Below, piece after piece: positions 48,824-58,507 of a stretch of DNA of 64,000 nt. Source of the DNA: a virus. The DNA lies in IMG/VR virus record IMGVR_UViG_3300030333_006551, positions 65,907 to 129,906 of that record. The stretch is one strand, 5' to 3'. Every line of letters begins with the position of its first letter. The first letter of the stretch is position 1. The position numbers and the translations under genes are program-made. The notes beneath the pieces are model-generated. The model had not been told where the DNA came from. It searched no databases and saw nothing but the letters and a program-made list of their open reading frames with translations.

Positions 48824-49379
48824 GAATTTTAAAGTTACTACAAATATGCCACCCCTCCCTGAAGGGGAAGGCAGTAGTATGCTTAACTTTTTTGATCAAG
48901 AAAACGCAGATATTAATCTTTTTAATCTTGTTGACGATGAGCTAATTAAGATCTCAGGCTCTGAGCTATATTACTACAAATATTATCAGAGTGAAGATCA
49001 TGATGATGTATATCTAGAATCTCGTAATAAGCCTATGGCTACAGAACCAATCGTTGTTCATGGTCACTATGAGCCTAAAGCTTTGGAGGAAAACCTCTCA
49101 GAGTTTGGGATCGAATTAACTAATGAGCAGTTGTTTGTGTTTAATAAAAGCTACATTGAGGAGAGATTAAATAGGATGCCCCTACCTGGAGATGTTATAA
49201 AACCTAAATTCCAGGAGCAGAAGTACGAGATCTTCCAAGTTCAAGAAGATAGCTTTGAAATTTATGGCGTGTATCATCTCGTATGCTCTGCTAAACTTCT
49301 CCGCTCTAGCGAGGAAGTGCAGGACACACCAAACTTACACACAACTGATGAATTAGGAAGGTATATGCATGGCGATTGA
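48816..49379 (+). CDS. neck protein gp14-like
   Basis: ELIKISG..LYYY, DDVYLES, LSEFGIEL, P.PGDVI....YEI..V. Confidence 0.82.
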   Translation: MPKNFKVTTNMPPLPEGEGSSMLNFFDQENADINLFNLVDDELIKISGSELYYYKYYQSEDHDDVYLESRNKPMATEPIVVHGHYEPKALEENLSEFGIELTNEQLFVFNKSYIEERLNRMPLPGDVIKPKFQEQKYEIFQVQEDSFEIYGVYHLVCSAKLLRSSEEVQDTPNLHTTDELGRYMHGD

Positions 49380-50043
49380 GGGTAGATCAGCTAATGAAAA
49401 GCTTCGTGGGTATCTGATGGAGGCTACTAAAAAATCCACTTTACCTGCAAAAGTTTATAAAGAAACTTTGAGGTCTCTTATTCATGAGTTCGGTAACTTA
49501 GGGTATATTGATGCTGAGGGTAATTTTACTGATGTAAAATGTTTTCACGCAAACCCTGAGCGGACAATCGCAAAACTATATCAAGACAATAATATTATTC
49601 TACCTGTAGTCACTGTCGGACAGACTAAGATTGATGATGACCCCACTAGGCGTAAGTATAAGCCTATTATTATTGCGAGTAAGTTTTATAATGAAGAAAC
49701 AGCTAGAGCAGAGAGGGTGATAAGCTTTGTTGATAGGCCCGTAAATATTAGCTACGGTGTTAGTATTTGGACCAAATACATGGAAGATATGGATCAATTA
49801 GCAGAGCAAGTAAGGCTTAAGTTTAATCCTAGCTTGTTCTTTATTACTCCATATAGTAAAGATACGAAAGCATTCTTAACCGATGAGGCTAATAACTCTG
49901 ATGTAACCGCAGGGGATAGGGAAGACAGGCTTATTCGAAAAACATTTACAGTTTCTGTAGAAACTTATATCCCCAGCCCAAAATTTAGGTATACCTCTAC
50001 TGGGAAAATAGAAGAATTAGGGGTTGATGTCCATTTAACCTAA
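49369..50043 (+). CDS. tail terminator / sheath stabiliser gp15-like
   Basis: FHANPER, IILPVVT, PVNISYGVSIWTKYMEDMDQLAEQV...FNP. Confidence 0.8.
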   Translation: MAIEGRSANEKLRGYLMEATKKSTLPAKVYKETLRSLIHEFGNLGYIDAEGNFTDVKCFHANPERTIAKLYQDNNIILPVVTVGQTKIDDDPTRRKYKPIIIASKFYNEETARAERVISFVDRPVNISYGVSIWTKYMEDMDQLAEQVRLKFNPSLFFITPYSKDTKAFLTDEANNSDVTAGDREDRLIRKTFTVSVETYIPSPKFRYTSTGKIEELGVDVHLT

Positions 50044-50096
50044 AAAAATAATCAAACTTAGTTACAAGGTATAGTAAATATAATAGAGGAATTATT

Positions 50097-50273
50097 ATGA
50101 AAAGTATCACCAATGATAGTTTGCAGGGATTTGAGATCCACATTAACACTCCTAAAGGTAATGTCACAAGATGGCTAAAGCCTAAGGAGACCATAGTAGT
50201 TCCTTCCTACTATATTACAGAACAAGTAAAAAATATGCAGAAAATGCAGCTTTTGCGTTTAAAAAATGCTTAG
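50097..50273 (+). CDS. small hypothetical protein (58 aa, below the ORF-track cutoff)
   Basis: GAGGA RBS. MKSITNDSLQGFEIHINTPKG...RLKNA*. Its TAG forms part of the sheath RBS (TAGGAG). Confidence 0.7.
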   Translation: MKSITNDSLQGFEIHINTPKGNVTRWLKPKETIVVPSYYITEQVKNMQKMQLLRLKNA

Positions 50274-50283
50274 GAGATAAGTT

Positions 50284-52380
50284 ATGCCAAATTTTGTAAG
50301 TCCAGGTGTCTATGTAATTGAGAAAGATATTAGTGAATACACCCCAGCGACTAACCCATCTATTGTAGGTGTGGTTGGATTTGCTGATAAAGGAGAGCCT
50401 CATAAGCCTACTCTAATTACTAGCCCAACTCAACTTGTAAGTACATTTGGTGAACCTAGTGACGATCTAGCAGGTCAGGGAATTCAAGGTGCATTAGAGA
50501 TTCTTGCTGGTCCTAATGGAACAAATCAGCTATGGTTTGTTCGCGCAATTGACGACAATTCTGCTCAACATTCAGCAGCTAGTCTTTCTTTAGGTGCTTG
50601 CCCTGCTTTACTTGTTAATGAAGATATTTTTACTGGTGCAACTGAGGGCCTTTGGATTGAGATTACCGTTCGTGACAATAATAGCGATTTTGGGTTTCCA
50701 GAGGAAGTTAGAACTTTCCATGTTCCTTCCCCAAATGGTCAAAGCAATGCAGAAGCTTTAAGACAAGCAATAGGTGGATCTTTAATTTCTGATAAGGTTG
50801 GTGTTTTTTGGGATAATGATGACGATAGTGACTACTTAAGCTCAAATTATGGAGTTTTAGTTGGCTTTGCAGCAGGCGAAAATGCTGAAATCACAGCAAG
50901 AGCATATACTAGTGCTGACAAAGGCTCAGAAGATGAAGTAGACGCTGCCTTTGTTGCATTAGGTCGTAATGGTGAGCCTTTGCTGGTAGAGGAGGGCGAA
51001 GGTGCTGGAGAACCTGATTGGCAAACCACAAGTACCGCAAAAGGTTGGACTTATGCAGCAGGATCTTTTGATTATAGAGTAGAGTCCTTGTGGCCTGGAG
51101 CAGGGTATAATGAAGTTATAGGGGTTGGCGGTGCCGTAAAAGGTAATGCAGTTGCTACAGAACCCGCTGGCGGTGATCAGTCTGTTTTGTATGTTTATGA
51201 GAATGGATCAATTTTAGAGAACTTCACAGTGTCTCTAGGTTCTGAAGCTTTTGTTGAATCTGTTATTAATACAGGTAATACAGAGACAACTTCTGAAATT
51301 ATTCGCGGTAACTTACGAGATACAGGTAGCACCTTTGAGGCTAATCCTATTCTCTTTACCAAAAAAATCTCTGTTTTGCTTGGTAATGCTGTGGTAGATG
51401 CTGGAGGAGCCGGTGACATCGAGCCTAGGTTTAGTAAATTCATGCAGGGAGGTATAGGTTTAGGCGGAGGAAATAGTGGCGCTGAAGAAAACACGACTGC
51501 ATCCCTTGTAGGAAATGCAGCGACACTTCCTAAAACAGGAATGCAAGCCTTAGATGTAGAGGGCGTTCCAATTACTATGGCTATTGTTCCTGGTATTACC
51601 GACGAAGCTGTTCAAAATGAGCTAGTAGCATTAGCAGAAAGAACAAACGACTTTATAGCTGTTTTAGGTACTCCTCTTGCAATAGGTAATGCTCAAAACG
51701 CTATTGATTGGCATAATGGTAAATTAATCAGGACCTCCCCAATTAATAGTTCCTACGCAGCTATTTACTACCCTGCTGTGAAAGTATTCAATCCTTACTT
51801 AGGTAGGGATATCTTTATGGATCCAGGCGTCTATGGAGTTAAGCAGATGTGCTTTACTGATAGTGTCGCTGATCCTTGGTTTGCTCCCGCAGGTTTTGTT
51901 CGGGGTAGACTTCTTAAGCCTACTGAGGTTGAAGTTGATCTCAGTCAGGGAGACAGAGACTCTTTATACAGTGGCGGTAACGCAATTAACCCCATCGTTA
52001 ATTTCCCTCAAAGAGGAATTACGATCTTCGGGCAAAGAACAGCACAGAGAGATCCTACTGCATTAGACAGAATTAATGTTCGTAGACTCTTGCTTGTTGT
52101 TAAGAGAGTTATTTTAGATGCAACTCAAAGATTTGTTTTCGAGCCTAATGATGAGATCACCTGGGAGAAAGTAAAGGCTACGCTTGATCCATTCCTAGAT
52201 GATATTAGACGAAGAAGGGGAATTAATGAATTCAAGGTTGTTTGTGATGAAACTACAAACACACCTGTCAGGGTTGATAGAAACGAGCTTTGGTGTAAAG
52301 TTCTTATTAAGCCAACAAAGACTGCTGAGGTTATTGTTTTTGAACTCAACATCACAAACCAATCTACAAACTTAAGTTAG
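50284..52380 (+). CDS. tail sheath protein gp18-like
   Basis: FVSPGVYVIEKD, SSYAAIYYP, WFAPAGFVRG, RDSLY....INPI, FGQRT, LDRINVRRL, FEPND, IKPTKTAE. Confidence 0.96.
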   Translation: MPNFVSPGVYVIEKDISEYTPATNPSIVGVVGFADKGEPHKPTLITSPTQLVSTFGEPSDDLAGQGIQGALEILAGPNGTNQLWFVRAIDDNSAQHSAASLSLGACPALLVNEDIFTGATEGLWIEITVRDNNSDFGFPEEVRTFHVPSPNGQSNAEALRQAIGGSLISDKVGVFWDNDDDSDYLSSNYGVLVGFAAGENAEITARAYTSADKGSEDEVDAAFVALGRNGEPLLVEEGEGAGEPDWQTTSTAKGWTYAAGSFDYRVESLWPGAGYNEVIGVGGAVKGNAVATEPAGGDQSVLYVYENGSILENFTVSLGSEAFVESVINTGNTETTSEIIRGNLRDTGSTFEANPILFTKKISVLLGNAVVDAGGAGDIEPRFSKFMQGGIGLGGGNSGAEENTTASLVGNAATLPKTGMQALDVEGVPITMAIVPGITDEAVQNELVALAERTNDFIAVLGTPLAIGNAQNAIDWHNGKLIRTSPINSSYAAIYYPAVKVFNPYLGRDIFMDPGVYGVKQMCFTDSVADPWFAPAGFVRGRLLKPTEVEVDLSQGDRDSLYSGGNAINPIVNFPQRGITIFGQRTAQRDPTALDRINVRRLLLVVKRVILDATQRFVFEPNDEITWEKVKATLDPFLDDIRRRRGINEFKVVCDETTNTPVRVDRNELWCKVLIKPTKTAEVIVFELNITNQSTNLS

Positions 52381-52394
52381 AATAGGAGAAACTA

Positions 52395-52985
52395 ATGGCA
52401 CTTACTGGATACTATGCAAACAATTTAAATCGGGATATTACGGATGGTAATACCATGCCCGTTATTTCTCAGGACATTGATTCAATCAGAGCTTATCAAT
52501 GGGAAATAACATTTCACCCTCCACAAGAAGTTGAGATCGGTTCTTTTTCGAAGCCCTTAACTCTTGCAGCAAAGCAGGTTAATGGTATTGGTCTTCAGGT
52601 CGAAGATATTCCTGTACACAGGGTTAACGATCAAGTTTACTATCCTGGCAAACCAAGTACTGAAGAGATGACCGTCACCTTTGATAACCTTGTTAAGACT
52701 AAAGCTAATGTCGGCCTATTTAAGTACTTCCAAACCATTTGGGATCCAACAACAGGTGAGTTTACAAGCAGCTTCCTACAAACTCCAGGCCGCTTTAAGA
52801 CTAATATTGAATTAGTACAACTCTCTTCTGACATGCAGCCCTACAACTACATTCAGTTGATTGGTTGCTGGCCTAAATCGCTTACTGCCGCTGAGTATAA
52901 CTACGCTCAGAATGAGTTCCACACTTTAGAGATGAAACTTCGCTACGACTTTATTATTCATAGAGAGGATATCTCAACCCCTTAA
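52395..52985 (+). CDS. tail tube protein gp19-like
   Basis: RAYQWEI, VYYPGKP...MTVTF, LIGCWP......YNY. Confidence 0.88.
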   Translation: MALTGYYANNLNRDITDGNTMPVISQDIDSIRAYQWEITFHPPQEVEIGSFSKPLTLAAKQVNGIGLQVEDIPVHRVNDQVYYPGKPSTEEMTVTFDNLVKTKANVGLFKYFQTIWDPTTGEFTSSFLQTPGRFKTNIELVQLSSDMQPYNYIQLIGCWPKSLTAAEYNYAQNEFHTLEMKLRYDFIIHREDISTP

Positions 52986-53003
52986 TAAGTAATGATCAGA
53001 ATT

Positions 53004-53047
53004 AAAGGCCCAACGCAGTCTTTTACGCTGGGTTGGGCCTTTTCTTT
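53004..53047 (+). terminator. rho-independent terminator after the tube gene
   Basis: AAAGGCCCAAC...GTTGGGCCTTT stem followed by a T-run. Confidence 0.8.
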
Positions 53048-53064
53048 ATCTATAATGATATAGA

Positions 53065-55899
53065 ATGAACTATTTTACTCAATTACTAGAAAGCTACGAC
53101 AAGCTTAAAAAGCGACAGTTAAGTATTAAACTGGACGAGGTTACTGCTGCGGGTCAAGTTCCTACAGGAGATTATCAAACATTAAAAAAACAAAACCCCG
53201 AAGCGGCCAGCGAAATTGATAACCTGCTGATTAGACAGTTAGGGACCGCAGACCCTAAGGGGCCAATGCAGATGGGTACGGATATTCCCAACGCTCCTAA
53301 CCCTGATAATCCTGAAAACGGTTATGGCGTTCCTCCAGGAACAATAGCAAAGGTTGTTAAGACTACTCAAGGGGAAGGCAATCCAACAGCCATACTACCA
53401 CAGGGGCAAACCTTTATTTATTATCGAGGCTTTGGTGACGTTAAATCAGATCGCCCGATTATTAACCGATATGGTGAAGGTAATTCTCAAATATTTAGAA
53501 GATATAGAAACGCTTTAGCGGCACGGTTCGAAGGGGCAGCCCCTAAAAAGACCACTCCAGATAAACCTAAAACTCCAGAAGAAAAAGCAGAAGAGGAACG
53601 TAATAAAAAAAATGCAGAGCTTAGGCAAGAATTGGATCGTAATGCTTCGTGGGATAGAGCAGGTGGAACTTTTGAAAGGCATAGAGGTTTTAGGGATGAT
53701 GGTCCTGATGGTCTTGAGGATAAAATAAAAGAGTGGATCGGTAACGGCAAAAAGTTAGCCGAAGATTATAGAGCACGAAATCCAGAAGGTAAAGACCACT
53801 GGGCAACTGGCGGATCTAGAGCAGCTAAAGGCAGAGAAACCCAAGCAGAGCAATCATATATTACAGGAAATGCAGGTGCAAGTTTAGAAAGAAAATTCGC
53901 TCTAGCAGAAGGTATTGATATCTCGTCTGAAGCAGTATTAGATGATAAAGGAAATGAGACAGGCGAAACAGACCTAATTGTTACACCAGTCGTTTTAGCG
54001 GAGAATGATATAGTTTTAATGCGAGGCGCGGCAGAGTCTGTAAACTTCTTATTTAGAGCAGCGTTGGGTGGAAAAGATTTTCAAGACTGTGGAAAAATGT
54101 CTACCTATGTTAAAAAACGAGGTGATAGCTATGTATTTCTAGCGCGGGGTGAGACTGAGCAAGGTATGGTTATACAATCTAATCCTATGCTAGACTACGC
54201 TGCTGAAAGAGCAGTGGATAACTGCGGTGGTATGCCTATACAACAAGTACCTAAAGCTAAGTATGATCCACAAGAACTCAATGATTTTAGAGGAAAAATC
54301 AATGAAGTTGCTATAACCAGCCTGCATATAGCGGGTCTTATTCAAAATGTAAAAGACCCTAAACAAAGAAGAAAAATATTAAAAGATCATCTAGACTATA
54401 TCGCTGGTAAATTGCTTGAAGATGATTTTAAATTTAAAGCAGCCATGCAATGGTCAAAAAAGGTTGCAGCGGGGGAAGTGTCTACTGACACAGAAAGTCA
54501 AAAAATATACGAAACTCTTCAAGAGTTAGAAAAGATGACTGCGAACGATGAGCTTCTAAAAGCTTATTTTGTTTCGTTATCACGATTAGAATTGCCAGTC
54601 TTAGAAGCTCTAGAACCTGATCTTATTCTTCCAGTAGGGGTAAACACTGGACAAGGGTATGCAGATGATAATGTATATGGGTATTTAGATTCAGATGTAG
54701 TTGAAGCTAAGGTAGAGCATTTTCGTAGCAAATGTTTAGCACAGGGAGGGACAAACTGTGATCATCTTTCATTAGGGTATGAGACTACCACAATAGGTGA
54801 ACTTCGAAAACAAGGAAAAGAAGCAAAGAATATACTTTCTCATTACGAATCTGTTTATAAGTCCGAAGGAAAAACCTTAACAGATAATACTCCAGTATAC
54901 ACAATCGGATCTAGCCTAAAAAGTTATTTAAGATTTGGAGGTTATAAAGCAGGTGAAAACAATAGTTGGGAGGACCGATCTAATGTCCTTAGAGAGCAGG
55001 GAGAGGGGGCTATCCATCCCGAGATGCACCAGCAGACAAGAACAGTTTTAGGTTTAGATGCTTTAGACGATACAGGGAAACCTATTAAGGGGGCTCCTAC
55101 TTATGCTGGAGTTGTAGCGTATCAAGATAAGTTAGATGCAGATGTTAACGCGCTGAATACCGTCTTTCCAGGGGCTGAAGGCGTACAGGTAGATAAAAAA
55201 GGTAATGTAGTTCCAGGGGAGTGGAGTAATACAGGCGCTCAAACAGTATACAACAAATTAAAAAATCAGTTTTCCTACCTAGAAGGACAACAGGATAATG
55301 TTCTTAGATTATTTAAAGATGATAAGGGGTTTTGGCTTCCAATGACTCCAGAAAATCATGCATATATTAGCGAAAGAATGACACGCTTACTTACCACTGC
55401 CAGATACCACCGCGACGGCAATGAAAGAGATTCGAAAGGTAATCTTACTTTAAACGCTATTAACGCAAGAGCTAACGCAGCGTACACAATACAACTGCTG
55501 GGTGGTGCTGTAGGAGGAGGTTTTACTAATGTAAAAGATTTAGACTCTGGTACTACTTTAGTTGTTTCGCACCAAGCTCCTTTAGATGGTCCTACTAGGG
55601 GCATATTATATAATCCTGATGACTGGGATTTTGAAGGGTCAGGCAGTTCGCTTAAGATTACAAGAAGAGGTACAAAGCAATCAATATCGTTAAAAACTAC
55701 AAGAAAAACAAGATCGAACTCATATCAGACTGGTTCTGCGGTAATGGTTAGCAAGGCATTAGCTGAAGAATACTCTATGATAAATGAAGCTGTAGGTGCA
55801 ACAAATATAGATGATGGGCAAGAGTCGTTAATGTACAAGTTTATTATGGGACAGAAGCTTCTCTTAGAACAATTAGAGCAAGAATTAAGTATTAATTAG
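53065..55899 (+). CDS. large hypothetical protein, possibly head-packaged
   Basis: 944-aa ORF with N-terminal LLE/LDE motifs. TATAAT lies 8 nt upstream of the ATG. Confidence 0.7.
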   Translation: MNYFTQLLESYDKLKKRQLSIKLDEVTAAGQVPTGDYQTLKKQNPEAASEIDNLLIRQLGTADPKGPMQMGTDIPNAPNPDNPENGYGVPPGTIAKVVKTTQGEGNPTAILPQGQTFIYYRGFGDVKSDRPIINRYGEGNSQIFRRYRNALAARFEGAAPKKTTPDKPKTPEEKAEEERNKKNAELRQELDRNASWDRAGGTFERHRGFRDDGPDGLEDKIKEWIGNGKKLAEDYRARNPEGKDHWATGGSRAAKGRETQAEQSYITGNAGASLERKFALAEGIDISSEAVLDDKGNETGETDLIVTPVVLAENDIVLMRGAAESVNFLFRAALGGKDFQDCGKMSTYVKKRGDSYVFLARGETEQGMVIQSNPMLDYAAERAVDNCGGMPIQQVPKAKYDPQELNDFRGKINEVAITSLHIAGLIQNVKDPKQRRKILKDHLDYIAGKLLEDDFKFKAAMQWSKKVAAGEVSTDTESQKIYETLQELEKMTANDELLKAYFVSLSRLELPVLEALEPDLILPVGVNTGQGYADDNVYGYLDSDVVEAKVEHFRSKCLAQGGTNCDHLSLGYETTTIGELRKQGKEAKNILSHYESVYKSEGKTLTDNTPVYTIGSSLKSYLRFGGYKAGENNSWEDRSNVLREQGEGAIHPEMHQQTRTVLGLDALDDTGKPIKGAPTYAGVVAYQDKLDADVNALNTVFPGAEGVQVDKKGNVVPGEWSNTGAQTVYNKLKNQFSYLEGQQDNVLRLFKDDKGFWLPMTPENHAYISERMTRLLTTARYHRDGNERDSKGNLTLNAINARANAAYTIQLLGGAVGGGFTNVKDLDSGTTLVVSHQAPLDGPTRGILYNPDDWDFEGSGSSLKITRRGTKQSISLKTTRKTRSNSYQTGSAVMVSKALAEEYSMINEAVGATNIDDGQESLMYKFIMGQKLLLEQLEQELSIN

Positions 55900-56423
55900 A
55901 TCCAAATATCGTCGTTTAAAAGTAGATCTTCTAGTAGGTACATAGAATAATTATTATATTCTTTATTACTTTTTCTAGTTAGATCTATTTTTTTTATATC
56001 AATATTAAATGTATTAGAGCGTACAATAGCTATTATTTTTTGCCTATCTTGTTGAAATATCACTAACGGCTCTTTATTACATCGTTTAGAATCTTTTTCA
56101 CATTGGTCTATAAATTTCCATAGCTCAGACCTTTTATTGAATAGACTATATATATTTTCTTTGTTATATCCTTTTTTGCATTCAATACAGAATTTAAAGT
56201 CTTTAGGAGTTATTAAATCTCCATAAATTTTTAGGTGATCTGGGATATTATGGGTTGTGGCAAACGCACCAGAGCCAGGAGAACGGCTAAACTCTTTTGT
56301 GTCGAATTTATTATTTAGCATTGTTGCTATCTTTCGTTCAAAAGAATGCCCCTTATTCCTACTGTTAACCTTTTTAGGTTTTTTAGTTTTTGTTAGTTTT
56401 GCTACATCAAAATTATCTTTCAT
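55896..56423 (-). CDS. Holliday junction resolvase, Hjc-like PD-(D/E)XK
   Basis: NSRNKGHSFERKIA, RSPGSGA, GDLITP, IECKKG. Confidence 0.8.
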   Translation of the reverse strand: MKDNFDVAKLTKTKKPKKVNSRNKGHSFERKIATMLNNKFDTKEFSRSPGSGAFATTHNIPDHLKIYGDLITPKDFKFCIECKKGYNKENIYSLFNKRSELWKFIDQCEKDSKRCNKEPLVIFQQDRQKIIAIVRSNTFNIDIKKIDLTRKSNKEYNNYSMYLLEDLLLNDDIWI

Positions 56424-56452
56424 ACACTATTATACACCGACAGGAACCAGCA

Positions 56453-56809
56453 ATGGATAAAACAAAAGAAGTAGCGATAGATATCAATTTATCCGATTGG
56501 TCAATCAAATTAAAAGAGAGGACTAGATCCCGAATGAAACTACAAATTAAACTAAACCAGATAGAAGCTCAAGCGTTTAAAAATTTCGCTGAGGTTGTGA
56601 AGCCTGACGAAATCTCTGACGAAGACTTCCTTAAAAGTATCTTCAAAATGGGCTTAGAGACTATGGAGTCTAAGCTAATGAGCGCAGTGGAAAAACACGC
56701 GGAAGAGAATAACATTGATCTAGAATCACTGCGAGACGAGGCAGGCTATGATTCTATTGAGGAACTGGTTGCTGAATCTGCAAAAGCAGATGGTACTGAT
56801 GAAAACTAA
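56453..56809 (+). CDS. hypothetical protein
   Basis: ATG 56453 after AGGA (the track start at 56390 overlaps the resolvase). Confidence 0.65.
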   Translation: MDKTKEVAIDINLSDWSIKLKERTRSRMKLQIKLNQIEAQAFKNFAEVVKPDEISDEDFLKSIFKMGLETMESKLMSAVEKHAEENNIDLESLRDEAGYDSIEELVAESAKADGTDEN

Positions 56810-57149
56810 GACTAAAAAAATTAAGTCAGATTATTACCTGACATTCCTGAAAAAGGAAAACGATCTCAACAAGATTCTGAAAGCCCATAAAAAAGATCCA
56901 AGGAAACTTAAAATTCTATTCGTTTCTTTGTGGGACGATTACTGCACTGAACTTGTTGATTCTTTAAAGAAACAGGAAGTTAACTCTTCCAAGAAGCAGC
57001 CACTGTATATTGTAGACAGTTTCCATATGCCTCACTCTTTTGTTATATACAAAACAAACAAGGTTCCGCAACTTGTAAAAATAGACAAGCATAAAGTCTA
57101 TACTGAGGACTACTTGCCGAAAATATATGAGACCTTAGGGATCGAGTAG
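56799..57149 (+). CDS. thioredoxin-fold-like protein with degenerate active site (WDDYC)
   Basis: ILFVSLWDDYC..L, YIVD, KVPQLV resemble Trx F-x-x-x-WCxxC and cis-Pro motifs. Confidence 0.5.
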   Translation: MKTKTKKIKSDYYLTFLKKENDLNKILKAHKKDPRKLKILFVSLWDDYCTELVDSLKKQEVNSSKKQPLYIVDSFHMPHSFVIYKTNKVPQLVKIDKHKVYTEDYLPKIYETLGIE

Positions 57150-57479
57150 ATCTTTTTTTAGATCAATGTAATTGTTGATCTTCTCAGTATATTTTTTATC
57201 CTTTGTGTATAAAAGCTTCAAATTGTTCAGTATAATAGTTGTGAAGTAATTAAATGCACTTCCGTTTTCTTTATTGAAGTTTTTTAATGTTTTTAATATT
57301 ATTAGAAAACATTCCTGCTTCGCATCATCGAAGTCTAGCTTAAATGAAAATGAATTAATTATGTTCCCGATAAGGATATCGAACATAGCAAATAATTCAT
57401 CCTCAGACTCAGCAGGACTTTCCTGATAAGCTTTAATTAGCTCCTCGAAGCGTTTGTTATCTATATAATGGGTTTTCAT
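57135..57479 (-). CDS. late-transcription sigma factor, T4 gp55-like (short)
   Basis: HYIDNKRF, DDAKQEC, NFN....SAFNYFTTII.N. Confidence 0.8.
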   Translation of the reverse strand: MKTHYIDNKRFEELIKAYQESPAESEDELFAMFDILIGNIINSFSFKLDFDDAKQECFLIILKTLKNFNKENGSAFNYFTTIILNNLKLLYTKDKKYTEKINNYIDLKKDLLDP

Positions 57480-57494
57480 TACTATATCATAGTA
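57480..57494. promoter_or_regulatory. palindromic divergent spacer/promoter between the gp55-like gene and polymerase part 1
   Basis: TACTAT-atc-ATAGTA. Only 14 bp separate the two ATGs. Confidence 0.55.
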
Positions 57495-58507
57495 TGCGTA
57501 ATCTCTATAGTTTATATAACTCTACTAATACCAACGATTTATGCTCTGGTTGTACCATTTTAGATAAAGAAAAACCGAGTTATAGCATCACAGACTATGA
57601 TTCCCTAGATAAAAACGATGTTCTGTTTTTATCAGATTCTTTTTATCACAGGTTTGGGAAGCCGATGGCCTTTTCTAAGCAAGAGAAGGAACTAATTAAT
57701 GCTTGCTTTGATCATGACGCTTCTTTTTCTGCGTCTATCAAGTGCCCGTCTGTAAAGGAGGCTGATATGTCTCCTGATAACATGAAGTTATGTAGACAGC
57801 ACTTAGATTTAACGATACAAAAGGTAAAGCCTATATTAGTATTTACCTGTGGAAACCTTGCAATGAAGATGCTAATTAAAAAAAGTGGCATCACTGATAA
57901 AAGGGGAAGATCATATGATTATACAACTGATGAAGGACATTCTTGTGTTGTTGTTCCTATCTTTCATCCTTATTCTGTGGTTAAAGAACCTCGGCATAGG
58001 CTTCTCTTCGAAACGGACATTAGGAATGCGTATGAAAAGTATGTCCTCGAAAAGAAGCATGAAGGGAAGCTCCAATACAAAGTCCTAACGGATATTCAGG
58101 AAGTAATTAGTTTAGCTCAAGATCTAAAGGATACTGAAGAGACTTTGGCTATGGACATAGAAACCACAGGTCTTAACTTCCTTAAAGATAGCATCCAAAC
58201 AATAGCCATCTCATCCAGAGAGACGAACTGGGTAATCCCTTGCGATCATAAGGACTCACCATTCAGAAAGGGAGAGCCCCACTATGAGAAGATGTGGATA
58301 AATCTCAGAGCCATACTAGAGAACCCAAAGAACAAGAAGGTATTTCACAATGCCAAGTTTGATCTAAAATTCCTGATCAATTACGGAATTTACACTAAGA
58401 ATGTGTGGGATACTAAGATTATGCATCACTTCTTGGATGAGAACCTACCTAAGAGCTTGATGGACTTGGTGAAGTTATACTTTCCTACCGAGTTGGAGAG
58501 TCTTTAG
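57494..58507 (+). CDS. DNA polymerase A part 1: family-4 UDG-like Fe-S domain plus 3'-5' exonuclease motifs I and II
   Basis: CSGC...KCP...LCRQHL...VKP....CGNLA...PIFHP, then MDIETTGL (ExoI), FHNAKFD (ExoII), WDTKIMHHFLDE. Confidence 0.85.
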   Translation: MRNLYSLYNSTNTNDLCSGCTILDKEKPSYSITDYDSLDKNDVLFLSDSFYHRFGKPMAFSKQEKELINACFDHDASFSASIKCPSVKEADMSPDNMKLCRQHLDLTIQKVKPILVFTCGNLAMKMLIKKSGITDKRGRSYDYTTDEGHSCVVVPIFHPYSVVKEPRHRLLFETDIRNAYEKYVLEKKHEGKLQYKVLTDIQEVISLAQDLKDTEETLAMDIETTGLNFLKDSIQTIAISSRETNWVIPCDHKDSPFRKGEPHYEKMWINLRAILENPKNKKVFHNAKFDLKFLINYGIYTKNVWDTKIMHHFLDENLPKSLMDLVKLYFPTELESL

